A stretch of DNA of 64,000 nucleotides. It comes from Desulfomonilia bacterium. GTDB taxonomy: Bacteria > Desulfobacterota > Desulfomonilia > UBA1062. The notes beneath the pieces were generated by a model that was not told where the DNA came from, made no database searches, and saw nothing but the letters and a program-made list of their open reading frames with translations. Below, one piece after another: positions 22,710-34,246 of the stretch. Numbering within the stretch: position 1 is the first letter of the stretch; each line of letters begins with the position of its first letter. Both the position numbers and the translations under genes were made by a program. The stretch is from contig CAXXDQ010000008.1 of the NCBI GenBank assembly GCA_963664325.2, positions 32,001 to 96,000 on the forward strand, in the 5' to 3' direction.

Positions 22710-24032
22710 ATGATGAAGCAGATCGTAAAAGTAATGTCGCTTGTGGTACTTTTTTTACTGGTCGCCGTCGCAGCTGTTGCCCAGGGACTGCCCAAGGCGA
22801 AAACTCCGGAAGACGTGGGCCTCTCTTCTGAACGTTTGGAAACGAATCTCCGCTGGCATTCAGGCGGATGTCGATCGCGGGAAGATACCGGGAGCCGTTG
22901 TGATGATCGTAAAGAACGGCAAGGTCGGGCTACTTTGAAGCCATCGGCTATCAGGATCGGGAACAGAAGATTCCCATGCAGCGTGATTCCATCTTCCTCA
23001 TGGCTTCCATGACGAAACCCTTTACGTCCCTGTCCATCATGATGCTTGCCGAAGAGGGGAAGATACAGATCCAGCAGCCCGTTTCCCTCTATCTGCCGGA
23101 ATTCAAGGGCACTGAAAGTGGGGGTGGAAAAAACGGACCCGGCAACCGGAAAGACGGAACTGATTCTGGTACCGCCGGAGCGGGAGATGATGGTGCAGGA
23201 TCTGCTGCGCCACACCTCCGGCATCACCTACGGCATTTTCGGGAAGACCCTGGTGAAAAGCCTCTACAACAAGACAAAAGAAGGGAACCCTTTTGATTTC
23301 AACCAGACGAATGCGGAAATGGTCACAAAATTATCCAAATTGCCGCTTCAGTACCAACCGGGAAACGACATGGGACTATTCCCAGTCTACGGACGTGCTG
23401 GGGCGCATCGTTGAAGTCGTGTCCGGCCAGGAATTGGATGTCTTCATTGCGGAGCGGATTGCCAAACCGCTTAAGCTGATGGATACGGTCTTCTGGGCGG
23501 AAGGGGCGAACCGCCTGGCCCGCGTTGCCCAAGCGCAAATGGATCCGGCAACAGGCACAAGGCCGGCCATGATGTTCGATGCCACAAAGCGCCCCGCCTG
23601 GATCTCCGGTGGCGGCGGGATGCTCTCGACGGCCGCCGACTATGCCCGCTTCTGCCAGATGCTATTGAACAAAGGCACCCTGGACGGGGTGCGCCTCGTG
23701 GCCCCGAAGACCGTGGAGATGATGGCGGCAAACCATTTGCCGCCGGGGACGAAATTTGGCCCCGGGATCCTGGGCACAGTTCATCGGCTCTCTTCCCAGC
23801 CCCGAGGTAGGCCAGGGTTTTGGTCTGGGATTCAGTGTGCGGACGGAAGCCGGCCTCAATCCGTCGCCCGGTTCCGTGGGTGATTTCTATTGGGGCAGGT
23901 GTTTATGGCACCTATTTCTGGATTGATCCCAAGGAAGAGCTGGTGGCGATCCTGATGATGAATGCCTCTGCGGAAAGACTGAACTACCGGGCACTTTTAC
24001 GGGATTATGTCTACCAGGCCATTATTAAATAG
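22710..24032 (+). CDS. Serine hydrolase, beta-lactamase class C-like (frameshifted)
   Basis: Signal peptide, SMTK (SxxK), LLRHTSG, YS, GGGMLST, GTYFWIDP. Confidence 0.8.
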
Positions 24033-24418
24033 GAGCGCTTTTTTATCAGACATACGCCGATTATCAATTCAGCATAAATCTGATTCGTCATTCGGACGAT
24101 GCCTCATTGTTTCAAAAGGGTATATTCGTTAGTCTAATATTGATGATATCCTTTCTGCAGCGTCACTCAGCGGACGCTGCAGAAAGGAATGATTTATGCG
24201 CCTGCCCCGCGGTGTTTTTCACAAATTCGCCATTCTTAAGGGCGCACAAATGGAAAACACCCCGGCATTTTGTTAGGAGAAAGGAGGGGACGTTCACTTT
24301 ATTCATTGATTTTACGAAAGAGAAATGTTAGATTCATAGAGTTTCCAGTTTAAAAGGTCACCGTTTATAAAATCTTTTTGTTTCCTTGAGATACGTCTCA
24401 ATCTTCAGGAGGCATTCA

Positions 24419-25532
24419 ATGTTTGAACACAAATATCTAATTGAAGAATTGTTGACACCGACCGGGATAACCATCAACGGAAGCAATCCCTGGGATATCC
24501 GTATTAAGGATGATCGGACGTTTTCGCTCGTTTTGAGCAATAAGAATTTAGGACTGGGCGAGGCTTATGTGGCCGGCTGGTGGGATTGCCAGCGGTTGGA
24601 TGAATTTTTTTGCAGGGTTCTCAAGGCCGGTATCGATAAAAAAGTCAAGGCCGGTTATAAATTTTTACTTCATGTCCTGTCGGCCTCCCTGTTCAACAGG
24701 CAATCGAAAAAACGGGCCCGCATCGTCGCCGAGCAGCACTATGACCTGGACAACGAATTGTTCACGTCGTTTCTCGATGCTTACAATCAGTACAGTTGCG
24801 CATATTTTGAAGGGACAGCGGACCTTGAAGATGCCCAAATCAAAAAGATGGAACTCATCTGTAAAAAACTCCACCTTCAGCAAAACGATCATGTTCTGGA
24901 CATCGGCTTGCGGCTGGGGGGGCCTGGCGCATTTATATGGCGGAGCGGTATGGTTGTACCGTAACGGCCGTTAATATATCGCAGGAGCAGATTCAGTATG
25001 CCCGACAATTCTGCAAAGGCTTGCCGGTGCAGATTTTAAAGTGCGACTATCGCGATCTGGAAGGCCGGTACGATAAAATCGTTTCCGTTGGCATGTTTGA
25101 ACATGTCGGCCAGAAAAATTATAAAACCTTCATGCAGGTCCCGCTCATCGCTGTCTGAAAGAAGACGGGATTTTCCTGTTGCATACCATCGGCGGCAATG
25201 AGTCCACCACGCAATGCGATCCCTGGATCAACAAGTACATCTTTCCCAACGGCATGCTGCCCAGTGTCGCCCAGATCAGCAAAGCCGTAGAAGGAATGTT
25301 CATGATAGAAGATCTTCATAATTTGGGCCCCCATTATGAAAAAACGCTGCTTGCCTGGCACGCCAATTTTCAGAAAGCCTGGGATAAATTAAAGGGCAAA
25401 TATGACGACAAGTTTAAACGCATGTGGGAATATTATCTGCTGTCTTGTGCCGGATCGTTCCGCGCCCGTCACATCCAGCTTTGGCAGATCGTCCTGACCA
25501 AATACGGCGCACCGCAACCCGAATGCCGGTGA
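24419..25532 (+). CDS. cfa: Cyclopropane fatty acyl phospholipid synthase (frameshifted)
   Basis: LGLGEAYVAGWW, HYDL.N, YSCAYF, SVGMFEHVG, WINKYIFPNG, RMWEYYL. Confidence 0.9.
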
Positions 25533-25622
25533 TGGTGCGGGCTCCAAATCTTGTTGACGATCATCTTGCGATGCAATATGCTGCCTACGGTATTTACCTT
25601 TGATGACTGAATAACGAAAGGG

Positions 25623-26432
25623 ATGGGCAGGAAGATGGGCGAACAAGATGCAGTCAAAATGGAAATCGACGAACTGGGCATAGCCACCGTAACATTGAAC
25701 CGGCCTGAAGCGGCAAACGCCTTCAATCAAGATGTATGGAGGGGTGTGCAGAATCGTGCCGTGGAGATCAAGGAGAATCCGAAAGTCCGGGTAGCCATTG
25801 TAACCGGCGCGGGTGAAAAAGCTTTCACTGCCGGCATGGATCTGAAAATGATATCCGGCAGCGGTTCCGGTTCCTCTCAATTTTTTCCGAATTACCGGCA
25901 GGGCTATGATACGCTGTATGGCTTGAAGATGATTATTTCGCAATGGGAAGATCTGGCCGTGCCGGTGATTGCTGCCATTAACGGATACTGTCTCGGCGCC
26001 GGCATGGAATTCATCCTGTGCTGCGATATGCGTCTCGCTTCGGAAAATGCCGTTTTCGGCCTTCCGGAAATCAAATTCGGCGTCATGCCCGATCTGGGCA
26101 GCACGCAACGGCTTCCCCGAGTCGTCGGTCCCGGCCTGGCGAAGGAGCTGATTATAACGGCGAGGCGGATCAATGCCGCCGAGGCCTTGCGCATCGGGCT
26201 CGTGGATCATGTTTACGCCAGGCAGGACCTCATGGCCGAGGCACGGAAGCTTGCCGAGGAGATTGCCCAATTGAACCCCCGTCTCGTCGAAGGGGCAAAG
26301 CGGGCCGTCAATATGTCTATGTCAACACCGCTGGACTGGGGCCTGCGGCTGGAAACGGATATCTGTCTGGGCGCGGGGAGTGCGAGTTCCTTCAAGGAAG
26401 AGGCAAAGCGCTTTCTGGATGATAAGAAATAG
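25623..26432 (+). CDS. Enoyl-CoA hydratase/isomerase
   Basis: [30 protein letters not shown]. Confidence 0.9.
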   Translation: MGRKMGEQDAVKMEIDELGIATVTLNRPEAANAFNQDVWRGVQNRAVEIKENPKVRVAIVTGAGEKAFTAGMDLKMISGSGSGSSQFFPNYRQGYDTLYGLKMIISQWEDLAVPVIAAINGYCLGAGMEFILCCDMRLASENAVFGLPEIKFGVMPDLGSTQRLPRVVGPGLAKELIITARRINAAEALRIGLVDHVYARQDLMAEARKLAEEIAQLNPRLVEGAKRAVNMSMSTPLDWGLRLETDICLGAGSASSFKEEAKRFLDDKK

Positions 26433-26447
26433 CCCTTATCGAAGCCC

Positions 26448-27329
26448 ATGATTATCAGCGCCAGCCGGCGGACGGACATCCCCGCCTTTTATGGCGAATG
26501 GTTCATGAACCGTATCCGGGAGGGTAGCTGCACGGTCCCGAATCCCTTCAACCACCGCCAGCTTGCCGTGATTTCCCTTAGGCCGGCAGATGTGGATGCC
26601 ATTGTTTTCTGGACCCGGAATCCCCGGTCCCTGCTGTCCCGCTTGGCAGAACTGGATGACCGTGGTTATCGCTACTATTTTCACTATACCCTGATGGGCA
26701 ATCCCACCTGGCTCGATCCGGCAATGCCGCCGCCGGATCAGGCCATCCATCATTTCAAAAAACTGTCCGATACCGTAGGTCCGGAAAAGATCATCTGGCG
26801 TTATGATCCCATCGTGTTCAGCAACGTGACCGATACGGCTTTTCATCAAGAGACATACGGATTCCTTGCCCGGACACTCCGGGGCTACACACGGCGTTCC
26901 GTCATCAGCATTGTGGATTTTTACAAGAAGGTTGCAAAGCGTTTTCAAGACCTATCCTGTCAGGGCATAACCATCCAGAGGCCGGAGCAGGAGGTCGCCC
27001 ATCTTATCCCCGCACTTGTTTCCCTGGCCCGTGAAAACGGCATGAAAATAGCCAGTTGTGCGGAAGATATCGATTTGCGGCCTTATGGCGTCCGGCCCGG
27101 CAAATGCATTGATAACGATTATCTTTATGAGGTTTTTGGCCTGAACGTCCCCTATCGGAAGGACCCGGCGCAACGAAAAGCCTGCGGCTGCGTAACCAGC
27201 AGAGATATCGGCATGTATGAATCCTGCCCGTGCGGCTGCGTTTACTGTTATGCCACGACGAGCGTTGAGAGGGCCCGAACAAATCTTCGGGCCCATGATC
27301 CCCTGTTGCCATCCCAAATTAAAGGGTGA
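26448..27329 (+). CDS. DUF1848 family protein
   Basis: MIISASRRTDIPAFY start; CGC.SRDIG.Y.SCPCGCVYCYA. Confidence 0.85.
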   Translation: MIISASRRTDIPAFYGEWFMNRIREGSCTVPNPFNHRQLAVISLRPADVDAIVFWTRNPRSLLSRLAELDDRGYRYYFHYTLMGNPTWLDPAMPPPDQAIHHFKKLSDTVGPEKIIWRYDPIVFSNVTDTAFHQETYGFLARTLRGYTRRSVISIVDFYKKVAKRFQDLSCQGITIQRPEQEVAHLIPALVSLARENGMKIASCAEDIDLRPYGVRPGKCIDNDYLYEVFGLNVPYRKDPAQRKACGCVTSRDIGMYESCPCGCVYCYATTSVERARTNLRAHDPLLPSQIKG

Positions 27330-27336
27330 CCTTTTA

Positions 27337-27819
27337 TTATTCACCTTCTTCGAGAGGTATCATTCGTACCCTGGTTTTCCCATGACCCAGCATGCCGAGT
27401 TTGCTTGCCGCTGCATGCGACAGATCGATCAGTTCATAACCGCGGCGCCGGCAGCGATCGTTGATGGTCACAAGTACGGAACGGTTATTGGCAAGATTGA
27501 TCACTTTTACTTTCGTACCGTGGGGGAGATGGGGGTGGGCCGCTGTCAAATGATTTTTATTGTATTTTTTCCCGGAATGGGTGCGTCTGCCATGGTACTT
27601 TTTTTTATAATGGACGGCTATGCCCATAATGCCTTTGGGTTCTTCCCACGTTGGGTTGGCCGTTGCCGCGGTTTTCTCATCCGCCTGCAGCGGAGGTACC
27701 GTAACGAGAACAGGCACCAGGCATGTGAAAGCCAGCCATGCCCTAATGAACAGCGGTTTCTTAAGTATCACGTCAGTCTCCTGATCATGGCGATGAGCCG
27801 GATAAATTTCTTTCTTCAA
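27337..27819 (-). CDS. rlpA: RlpA-like double-psi beta-barrel protein (start uncertain)
   Basis: GRRTHSG, LTAAH..LP.GT, VTINDR, IDLS.AAA. Confidence 0.75.
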   Translation of the reverse strand: MKKEIYPAHRHDQETDVILKKPLFIRAWLAFTCLVPVLVTVPPLQADEKTAATANPTWEEPKGIMGIAVHYKKKYHGRRTHSGKKYNKNHLTAAHPHLPHGTKVKVINLANNRSVLVTINDRCRRRGYELIDLSHAAASKLGMLGHGKTRVRMIPLEEGE

Positions 27820-28381
27820 GGGTCTCTAAAAAGAAATGTAACAGGGCGGTGGTAAATTCAGACATGTTTTCAATTCTATCAGATTTTCCGGTTTCGATGC
27901 ATGTCATGCGATTTATCGGACCGGCTACGGCCAGTGCTGTGTAGCCGGCGTTGTGGCCGTAAGGGCTTTTCGCCGGGCCTGCCGCTCCGCCTTCACCTAT
28001 TACCCAGTCCGTTCCCATTTTTTCTTTGAATTTAAGCGCCATATCCATGATCAATTCAGGCGTTGAGCCTCCGTATGCCCCATGGTCTTCCCGGCCCATT
28101 TGTACGATTTGCTTACGGATACGATAACTGTACAATACGGTTCCGCCGATGAAAAATGAAGAGGCGCCAGGTATCGACAGTAGACAGGCGGATACGAGAC
28201 CGCCGGCGCTGGATTCTGCCACCGCCAATTTCTCATTGGCCGTTGTCAGAATGACGGCGATCTTTTTTACCAGGTTTACTTGCTCTTCCGTCATAAAACT
28301 CATGGAAATTATACCATCCATTTCAGCATAATATCTTCGCGAGGCCATGAAATCATACCAAATAATTCCTCTCAATTCCAT
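27785..28381 (-). CDS. CinA/PncC family protein (start uncertain)
   Basis: LAVAESSAGG, IPGASSFF.GG. Confidence 0.8.
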   Translation of the reverse strand: MELRGIIWYDFMASRRYYAEMDGIISMSFMTEEQVNLVKKIAVILTTANEKLAVAESSAGGLVSACLLSIPGASSFFIGGTVLYSYRIRKQIVQMGREDHGAYGGSTPELIMDMALKFKEKMGTDWVIGEGGAAGPAKSPYGHNAGYTALAVAGPINRMTCIETGKSDRIENMSEFTTALLHFFLETLEERNLSGSSP

Positions 28382-28678
28382 CTAAAAGGCTTGATAATCC
28401 GAAGCGAGAGGGAGGAAGCAGGCGTGTTTCTTTGCCATCCTCGTCCATTTGCTGATGACGGCATATAAAAAGCCCCAGGCAACCCATATCAATCCGTTCT
28501 TCATTTCAGCCGGGAAAGTCATGCCGAGTGATCGATAATGGTCCATCCCGTATGCTTTGAGCAGAACCTCATTTCTGACAAATTTCGATACATTCACCCA
28601 AACACCGGCCACAATGATGGCCATTATGTTGCGGCTTGATTGTTTCATGAACGCTCCTTTTTTTGCATATTGAAGCAC
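28382..28678 (-). CDS. Hypothetical membrane protein, probably truncated
   Basis: Hydrophobic ORF, FVRNEVLLK. Confidence 0.4.
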   Translation of the reverse strand: MLQYAKKGAFMKQSSRNIMAIIVAGVWVNVSKFVRNEVLLKAYGMDHYRSLGMTFPAEMKNGLIWVAWGFLYAVISKWTRMAKKHACFLPLASDYQAF

Positions 28679-28997
28679 ATTTTTTTTCCGGGAATTAAAA
28701 ATCCGTTTAGAACAATATGCCCGGGAAATGGCTCAGAGACCGGGAGGCGCAGTCATGCGAGAAGTCCCCATGAGCTTGAATCCAAAGTCCGAAGCATGGA
28801 CTTTGCCGCCTGCGGCGCGGTCGGAATTGCCTGCTGCCACCACCTCCCATGTTGTATAAAAAATCCCGCAGGCAAAATTTGCCTTGACAAAAGTTTCCTA
28901 TTATGAAATAAAAGTGTTTTGCTAGATAACATTAAACGATGTATTTATCCTTATGAATTTCATTTTTTCATACATGTAAAGAGGAATTTTTTTCATA

Positions 28998-29579
28998 ATG
29001 CAGCAACAGCCCATGATCAATGAAGAGGAAATAGGCAAAAGAATAAAAGTATTGCGCGTTTCAAAACGAATTACCCTCGATGGACTGGCTGCGCAGACCG
29101 GTTTCACCAAAGGTTATCTATCCAAAGTTGAAAAATCGACCAAAGCGCCTCCCATCTCCACGCTCGGCAATATTGCCAGGGCGCTTGGCGTGAACATTTC
29201 ATTTCTATTGGGCGAGGAAAATAATTTCACCTCCTTCTGTCTTGTTAGAAAAGGAGAAAGGTCCCTGGTGTCAAGAGACGGAACAGCCTCTGAATATGCC
29301 TACGAGGCCGTGGCCCACAAATTCGCCAACAAGACGATGGAACCCTTCATCCTGACGCTTCCCGTTGATCCCCAAAAGAAGAACTTCTACCAGCATGAAG
29401 GGCAGGAAATCCTTTTTGTTATTGAAGGCAAAATGAAATTTACCCATGGCGTCGACGAATACATCGCCGAAGAAGGTGATTGTCTGTATTTTGATTCCGG
29501 CATCCCCCACCTTGGCGTTTCCGTGGGGACGAAGGCCGCCAAATGCTTCATGGTCATCCACAGCCCCGGCGGCAAATAA
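28998..29579 (+). CDS. XRE-family HTH plus cupin regulator
   Basis: LAAQTGFTKGYLSKVE; HEGQE...GDCLYFDSGIPH. Confidence 0.9.
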   Translation: MQQQPMINEEEIGKRIKVLRVSKRITLDGLAAQTGFTKGYLSKVEKSTKAPPISTLGNIARALGVNISFLLGEENNFTSFCLVRKGERSLVSRDGTASEYAYEAVAHKFANKTMEPFILTLPVDPQKKNFYQHEGQEILFVIEGKMKFTHGVDEYIAEEGDCLYFDSGIPHLGVSVGTKAAKCFMVIHSPGGK

Positions 29580-29670
29580 AAAATCGACGCTTACTGCCGC
29601 CGTTTCCGACAGAACCGACTCTTTCGCGCGTCGGCGGCTGCATCACCAACACCTAGGGAAAGGAACAAGT

Positions 29671-30534
29671 ATGAGCGACATTCCGGTATTTTTTCTTCAT
29701 GGATTGGCGTATGCCGGTCTTCTTTTTTTGGTATCGGCGGGATTGACGCTGGTATTCGGGATGATGAACGTTTTAAACTTTGCCCATGCGGCCATGTACA
29801 TGCTGGGGGCTTATTTTTCCTATACCATCCTGTTGCAGACCACGGGCCAGTTCTGGCTGTCCCTGATGGTTTGTCCCGTCCTCCTTTTTATCATAGGCGC
29901 CCTGATCGAGCGATTTCTCCTGCGTCGCGTCCATGTGCACGGCCATGTGTCGGAGTTGCTTTTGACCTTCGGCCTGGCCTATATCATTACGGAACTCGTG
30001 AAATGGTACTGGGGGAACTATCCGCTGGCGGTGAACCTTGAAGGCATTTTAGGAAGCACCGTCGAGATCATCGGCATCACGTATCCCGTGTACCGCATTT
30101 TCATATTCCTCTGTGCAATCTTTGTCGGCACCATTATGGCATTGATTCTCTACAAGACCCGTCTCGGCATCATCCTCCGGGCAGCGGTGAACGACAGTGA
30201 GATGGCCAACACCCTGGGTGTGAACGTGCCCCTGGTTTTTATGGGCGTGTTTGCCTTTGGCGCGGCTCTTTCGGGTTTTGCCGGCGTGATCGCGGGTCCG
30301 CTCCTTTCGACGTTTCCGGGCATGGCCCAGGAAATCCTGATCGATGCCTTCGTGGTCATCGTCGTGGGCGGTTTCGGAAGCTTGGGCGGTGCCGTCATTG
30401 CGTCCATCCTTATCGGGGAGCTCCAGTCGTTCGGGGTTCTCTTATTCCCGAAATTATCGATGGCCCTGGTCTACCTCCTCATGGCGGCCGTTCTGATCAT
30501 CAAGCCATCCGGACTCTTTGGGGAGGAACAGTAA
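29671..30534 (+). CDS. livH: Branched-chain-type ABC permease LivH
   Basis: GLTLVFGMMNVLNFAH, VVGGFGS. Confidence 0.85.
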   Translation: MSDIPVFFLHGLAYAGLLFLVSAGLTLVFGMMNVLNFAHAAMYMLGAYFSYTILLQTTGQFWLSLMVCPVLLFIIGALIERFLLRRVHVHGHVSELLLTFGLAYIITELVKWYWGNYPLAVNLEGILGSTVEIIGITYPVYRIFIFLCAIFVGTIMALILYKTRLGIILRAAVNDSEMANTLGVNVPLVFMGVFAFGAALSGFAGVIAGPLLSTFPGMAQEILIDAFVVIVVGGFGSLGGAVIASILIGELQSFGVLLFPKLSMALVYLLMAAVLIIKPSGLFGEEQ

Positions 30535-31538
30535 TGAAGCGCAGCTACCTGACCTATATCGCCATCGTCGTGATATTTCTGCTGGGGGCCTTGATGCCCG
30601 TGATCCTCAAGCAATACCATCTGAATATGCTGACGGAAATCATTATCTTTGCCCTGTATGCCGTCAGCTACAACCTGCTGCTGGGTTATGCGGGAATGCT
30701 TTCCTTCGGCCATGCCATGTTTTTCGGCCTGGGCGCTTTCATCACGGCCGTCACCGTTATCCATATCCAGGGTCTGGCCCTGTGGAATGCCGTATTGATT
30801 GCCGTATTGGCAACCATTGCGGCCGGATTCGTCATCGGCTGCCTCCTGCTTCGGCATAAGGGTTCCTATTTCGCCCTGTTGACCCTGGCCTTCAATTCAC
30901 TCTTCTATGCCGTGGCCACCAAATGGCATTCCGTCACAGGCGGCGATGACGGTTTAAGCATCACGCGGCCCAATCTGGAATTGGGTTTTACGACCATTTC
31001 CATGGCCGATCTGACGAACTTCTATTATGTGACGTTGATTGTCGTGGGCGTCGCCATCGTGTTCTGCTGGTACTTTACCCAGACGGCGATGGGCAAGACG
31101 GTTCTGCTCATGCGGGAGAACGAGGAGCGCATGAAATTTCTCGGCTATAACACGAATATCAGCCGCCTGATTCTGTTCACCTTTACGGGCGCCGTCGCCG
31201 GATTGGCCGGTGCGTTCTATACCCTTCATTTTCAGTTTGTTTCCATCTCGGCGATCAGCGTCGATATGACCACGGCCGTTCTGTTGATGACCTTCGTCGG
31301 AGGAACGGGCACTTTCTGGGGTCCCATTCTCGGCGCTCTGGTCTATATCGTGCTACAGAATTATCTGAGCAATATAACGGACCGCTGGCCGATTTTTATG
31401 GGATTCATTTTCATTTTCATGGTCTTGTTCATACCCGGCGGACTTTCCGAGATTATCACCAATATCAGGCAGCGGCTGTTCGGGCATCATGGCAAAGACG
31501 ACGGGAAGGCCGTACCGACGGAGGAAGCGACATCATGA
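30534..31538 (+). CDS. livM: Branched-chain-type ABC permease LivM
   Basis: GYAGMLSFGH, YFALLTLA, TGGDDG. Confidence 0.85.
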   Translation: MKRSYLTYIAIVVIFLLGALMPVILKQYHLNMLTEIIIFALYAVSYNLLLGYAGMLSFGHAMFFGLGAFITAVTVIHIQGLALWNAVLIAVLATIAAGFVIGCLLLRHKGSYFALLTLAFNSLFYAVATKWHSVTGGDDGLSITRPNLELGFTTISMADLTNFYYVTLIVVGVAIVFCWYFTQTAMGKTVLLMRENEERMKFLGYNTNISRLILFTFTGAVAGLAGAFYTLHFQFVSISAISVDMTTAVLLMTFVGGTGTFWGPILGALVYIVLQNYLSNITDRWPIFMGFIFIFMVLFIPGGLSEIITNIRQRLFGHHGKDDGKAVPTEEATS

Positions 31539-32278
31539 ACGATTATTTGCAAGTTCAGGACATTCATAAGGATTTTTCAGGTCTCCAGGTTCTGACGGGA
31601 GTGACATTCACCGTACGTCAGCAGGAAAGGCATGCCGTTATCGGCCCGAACGGTGCGGGCAAGACGACGCTGTTCAACATCATCAGCGGCAAGTTCAAGC
31701 CATCATCCGGCGCAATCCTTTTTAAGGGGCAGGACATTTCGGGCAAGGCGCCGCATGTATTGAACCGCCACAGCCTGTCCCGCTCTTTCCAGATTACGAA
31801 TGTGTTTCAGGAGCTGAGCGTTTTCGACAATATTCTATCCGGTGTGCGCTCCCGCAGCGGCATGCGCTACAACTTTTTTCGCAGGCCGGACCACAGCCCG
31901 GCGATCATGGCGCAAACGGAGGCCCTTGTCGAGGAAGTCGGGCTCCGGGATGTGAAGGATCAGCCGGCCAGTTCTCTATCCTATGGCCAGCAGCGTGCCC
32001 TGGAGATCGGGATCACCCTGTCGACGGAGCCGGAACTGATTCTGCTGGATGAGCCCACGGCAGGCATGACGCGTGAGGAAACGGAACATGCCATCAGCAT
32101 GATCGACCGGGTCACGAAGAATCGTACCCTGGTTATTATCGAGCATGATATGGATGTTGTATTTTCCCTGGCCGATACGATTTCCGTTCTTCACTACGGA
32201 ACCATTCTCGTATCCGGTTCTCCCGAGGAGATTCGGAACGATCAGCGCGTCAAGGACGCTTATTTGGGGGAAGGATAA
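31535..32278 (+). CDS. livG: ABC ATPase LivG
   Basis: GPNGAGKT, LSYGQQR, LDEPTAG, AYLG. Confidence 0.9.
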   Translation: MNDYLQVQDIHKDFSGLQVLTGVTFTVRQQERHAVIGPNGAGKTTLFNIISGKFKPSSGAILFKGQDISGKAPHVLNRHSLSRSFQITNVFQELSVFDNILSGVRSRSGMRYNFFRRPDHSPAIMAQTEALVEEVGLRDVKDQPASSLSYGQQRALEIGITLSTEPELILLDEPTAGMTREETEHAISMIDRVTKNRTLVIIEHDMDVVFSLADTISVLHYGTILVSGSPEEIRNDQRVKDAYLGEG

Positions 32279-32280
32279 CC

Positions 32281-32988
32281 ATGCTGGAAGTCAGGAATAT
32301 TCATAGTTACTACGGGAAGAGCCATATCCTGCACGGGGTGTCCCTTGAATTGAAGGAAGGGGAAATGGTCTGCCTGCTGGGCCGTAACGGGGTCGGGAAA
32401 TCGACAACGCTGAAAAGTATCATGGGCGTTGTCCAGCCGAAGGAGGGCAGCATCCGGTTTAAGGATCAGGAGTTGATCGGGCGGGAACCTTATGAAATTG
32501 CCCGATTGGGAGTGGGTTACGTTCCCGAGGACCGGCGGATTTTCCGGAGTCTCACGGTTCATGAGAATCTGCTGATGGGGATCAAGAGCGGCAAGAGTCA
32601 TGGCACCGGTGAAGCCTGGACGGTGGAGCGGGTTTACAAGTTGTTTCCGCGTCTGGAGGAAAGACGGAATAACAAAGGCGGTCATTTGTCCGGCGGAGAA
32701 CAGCAGATGCTGACCGTGGTCAGGACCCTGATGGGCAATCCGCGGGTGATCCTGGTGGATGAACCCACGGAAGGTCTGGCGCCCCTGATCGTGAAGGATG
32801 TTCTGGAGATGCTCTCCACGGTCCGGGAGTCGGGCGTGACGGTTTTGATGGTGGAGCAGAACTTCAAGGCGGCCATCAAGGTGGCGGATCGTTTTTATAT
32901 CATGAGCAAAGGGCAGATGGTTTTCGAGGGAGATACTGCGGCCCTTATGGCTGCCGAGGATATCAGGAAAAATTATCTGGAAGTGTAA
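32281..32988 (+). CDS. livF: ABC ATPase LivF
   Basis: GRNGVGKS, LSGGEQQML, DEPTEGLAP. Confidence 0.9.
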   Translation: MLEVRNIHSYYGKSHILHGVSLELKEGEMVCLLGRNGVGKSTTLKSIMGVVQPKEGSIRFKDQELIGREPYEIARLGVGYVPEDRRIFRSLTVHENLLMGIKSGKSHGTGEAWTVERVYKLFPRLEERRNNKGGHLSGGEQQMLTVVRTLMGNPRVILVDEPTEGLAPLIVKDVLEMLSTVRESGVTVLMVEQNFKAAIKVADRFYIMSKGQMVFEGDTAALMAAEDIRKNYLEV

Positions 32989-33018
32989 ACCAAAATTAAA
33001 AAAACAGGAGGTCGATTT

Positions 33019-34234
33019 ATGAAAAGAAAGATGTTCCAAAGTATCTGTGTGCTGTCCGTGATGCTGATGCTGTCGCTGCCGTTTGCTGCCATGGCCCAGG
33101 ACACCATGAAGGTCGGTGCCATAGAACCTCTGTCAGGGACTTTTAAGGATATCGGCGAACGGTATATCGAGGGACTCCAGTACGCGGTGAAGACCATTAA
33201 CGAGAGCGGCGGCTTGTTGGGTAAAAAAGTGGAACTTATCCTGATCGATTCCGAATTGAAACCGGATGTGGCGACACGAAAGGCACAGAGCCTGGTCATG
33301 AAGGATAACGTAAAGTTCTTCTGCGGCGGTACGGGAAGCTCCGTGGGCGCCGCCATGTCTCAGTTTGCGGAAAAGCAGAACCTGCTTTATTTTACCTGGG
33401 GTCAGGAAGCCGCCAATATGACCAACGAGAAGTGCAACAGGAATTTTTTCCGGGCCTGCGCCAATACGGATACCCATTCTTATGCCATTGCCTATCTGAT
33501 GGCAAAAAAAAGGGTACAAAAAAATAGGGATGATCGCCCAGGATTACTCTTTTGGCAAGGAAGCGCTGGCGGCTTTCAAGAAAAAAATGGCCAAGATCAG
33601 CCCCAACACTCAGATTGTGGCCGAACTCTATCATCCGGCCGGCACGAAAGATTACGCCCCTTACATCAGCCAATTGATCAGCGCCAAGCCCGATGCGATC
33701 TTTACGCCGAACTGGGGCAATGACCTGACCTTGCTTCTCAAGCAGGGCCGGCCTATGGGCATGAAGCAGAAGGTTTTTTCCTATTTCATCAACGATGAAG
33801 TCATGGTTAAATCGCTTGGCGATGACAGCCTGATCATCGGCGATATGGGCGCGGAAGTCTACACGCTTTCCATCCCGACCAAGAAAAACCAGGAATTTGT
33901 CGCTAAATTTTACAAAGAAAAGGGATTTTATCCGACATGGTGCCGCGGCAAGGCTTACACGGCATTCATGTTTTTCGCCGAAGCGGTCAAAAAAGCCGGA
34001 TCACTGGACGTAGGCGCCGTCATCAAAGCCTGGGAAGGCCTTTCCTATGAGGGGCCGGCAGGTGTATGGACCATGCGGGCCTGCGACCACCAGGTACAGG
34101 CGCCTTTCTGGGCTTTTGAGCATGTCAAGAAAAACAAGTTTTTCAATCACGCCTATATCGGTCCTTCCACGATGATCCCCGCCAAGGAAGCGGAAGCGCC
34201 GTGCGAGGAGACAGGCTGCAAAATGAAGAAATAG
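33019..34234 (+). CDS. ABC substrate-binding protein (frameshift in an A-homopolymer near 33510)
   Basis: Signal peptide, QDYSFG, NWGNDL, MRACDHQ. Confidence 0.85.
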
Positions 34235-34246
34235 TGAGGAGTAAAG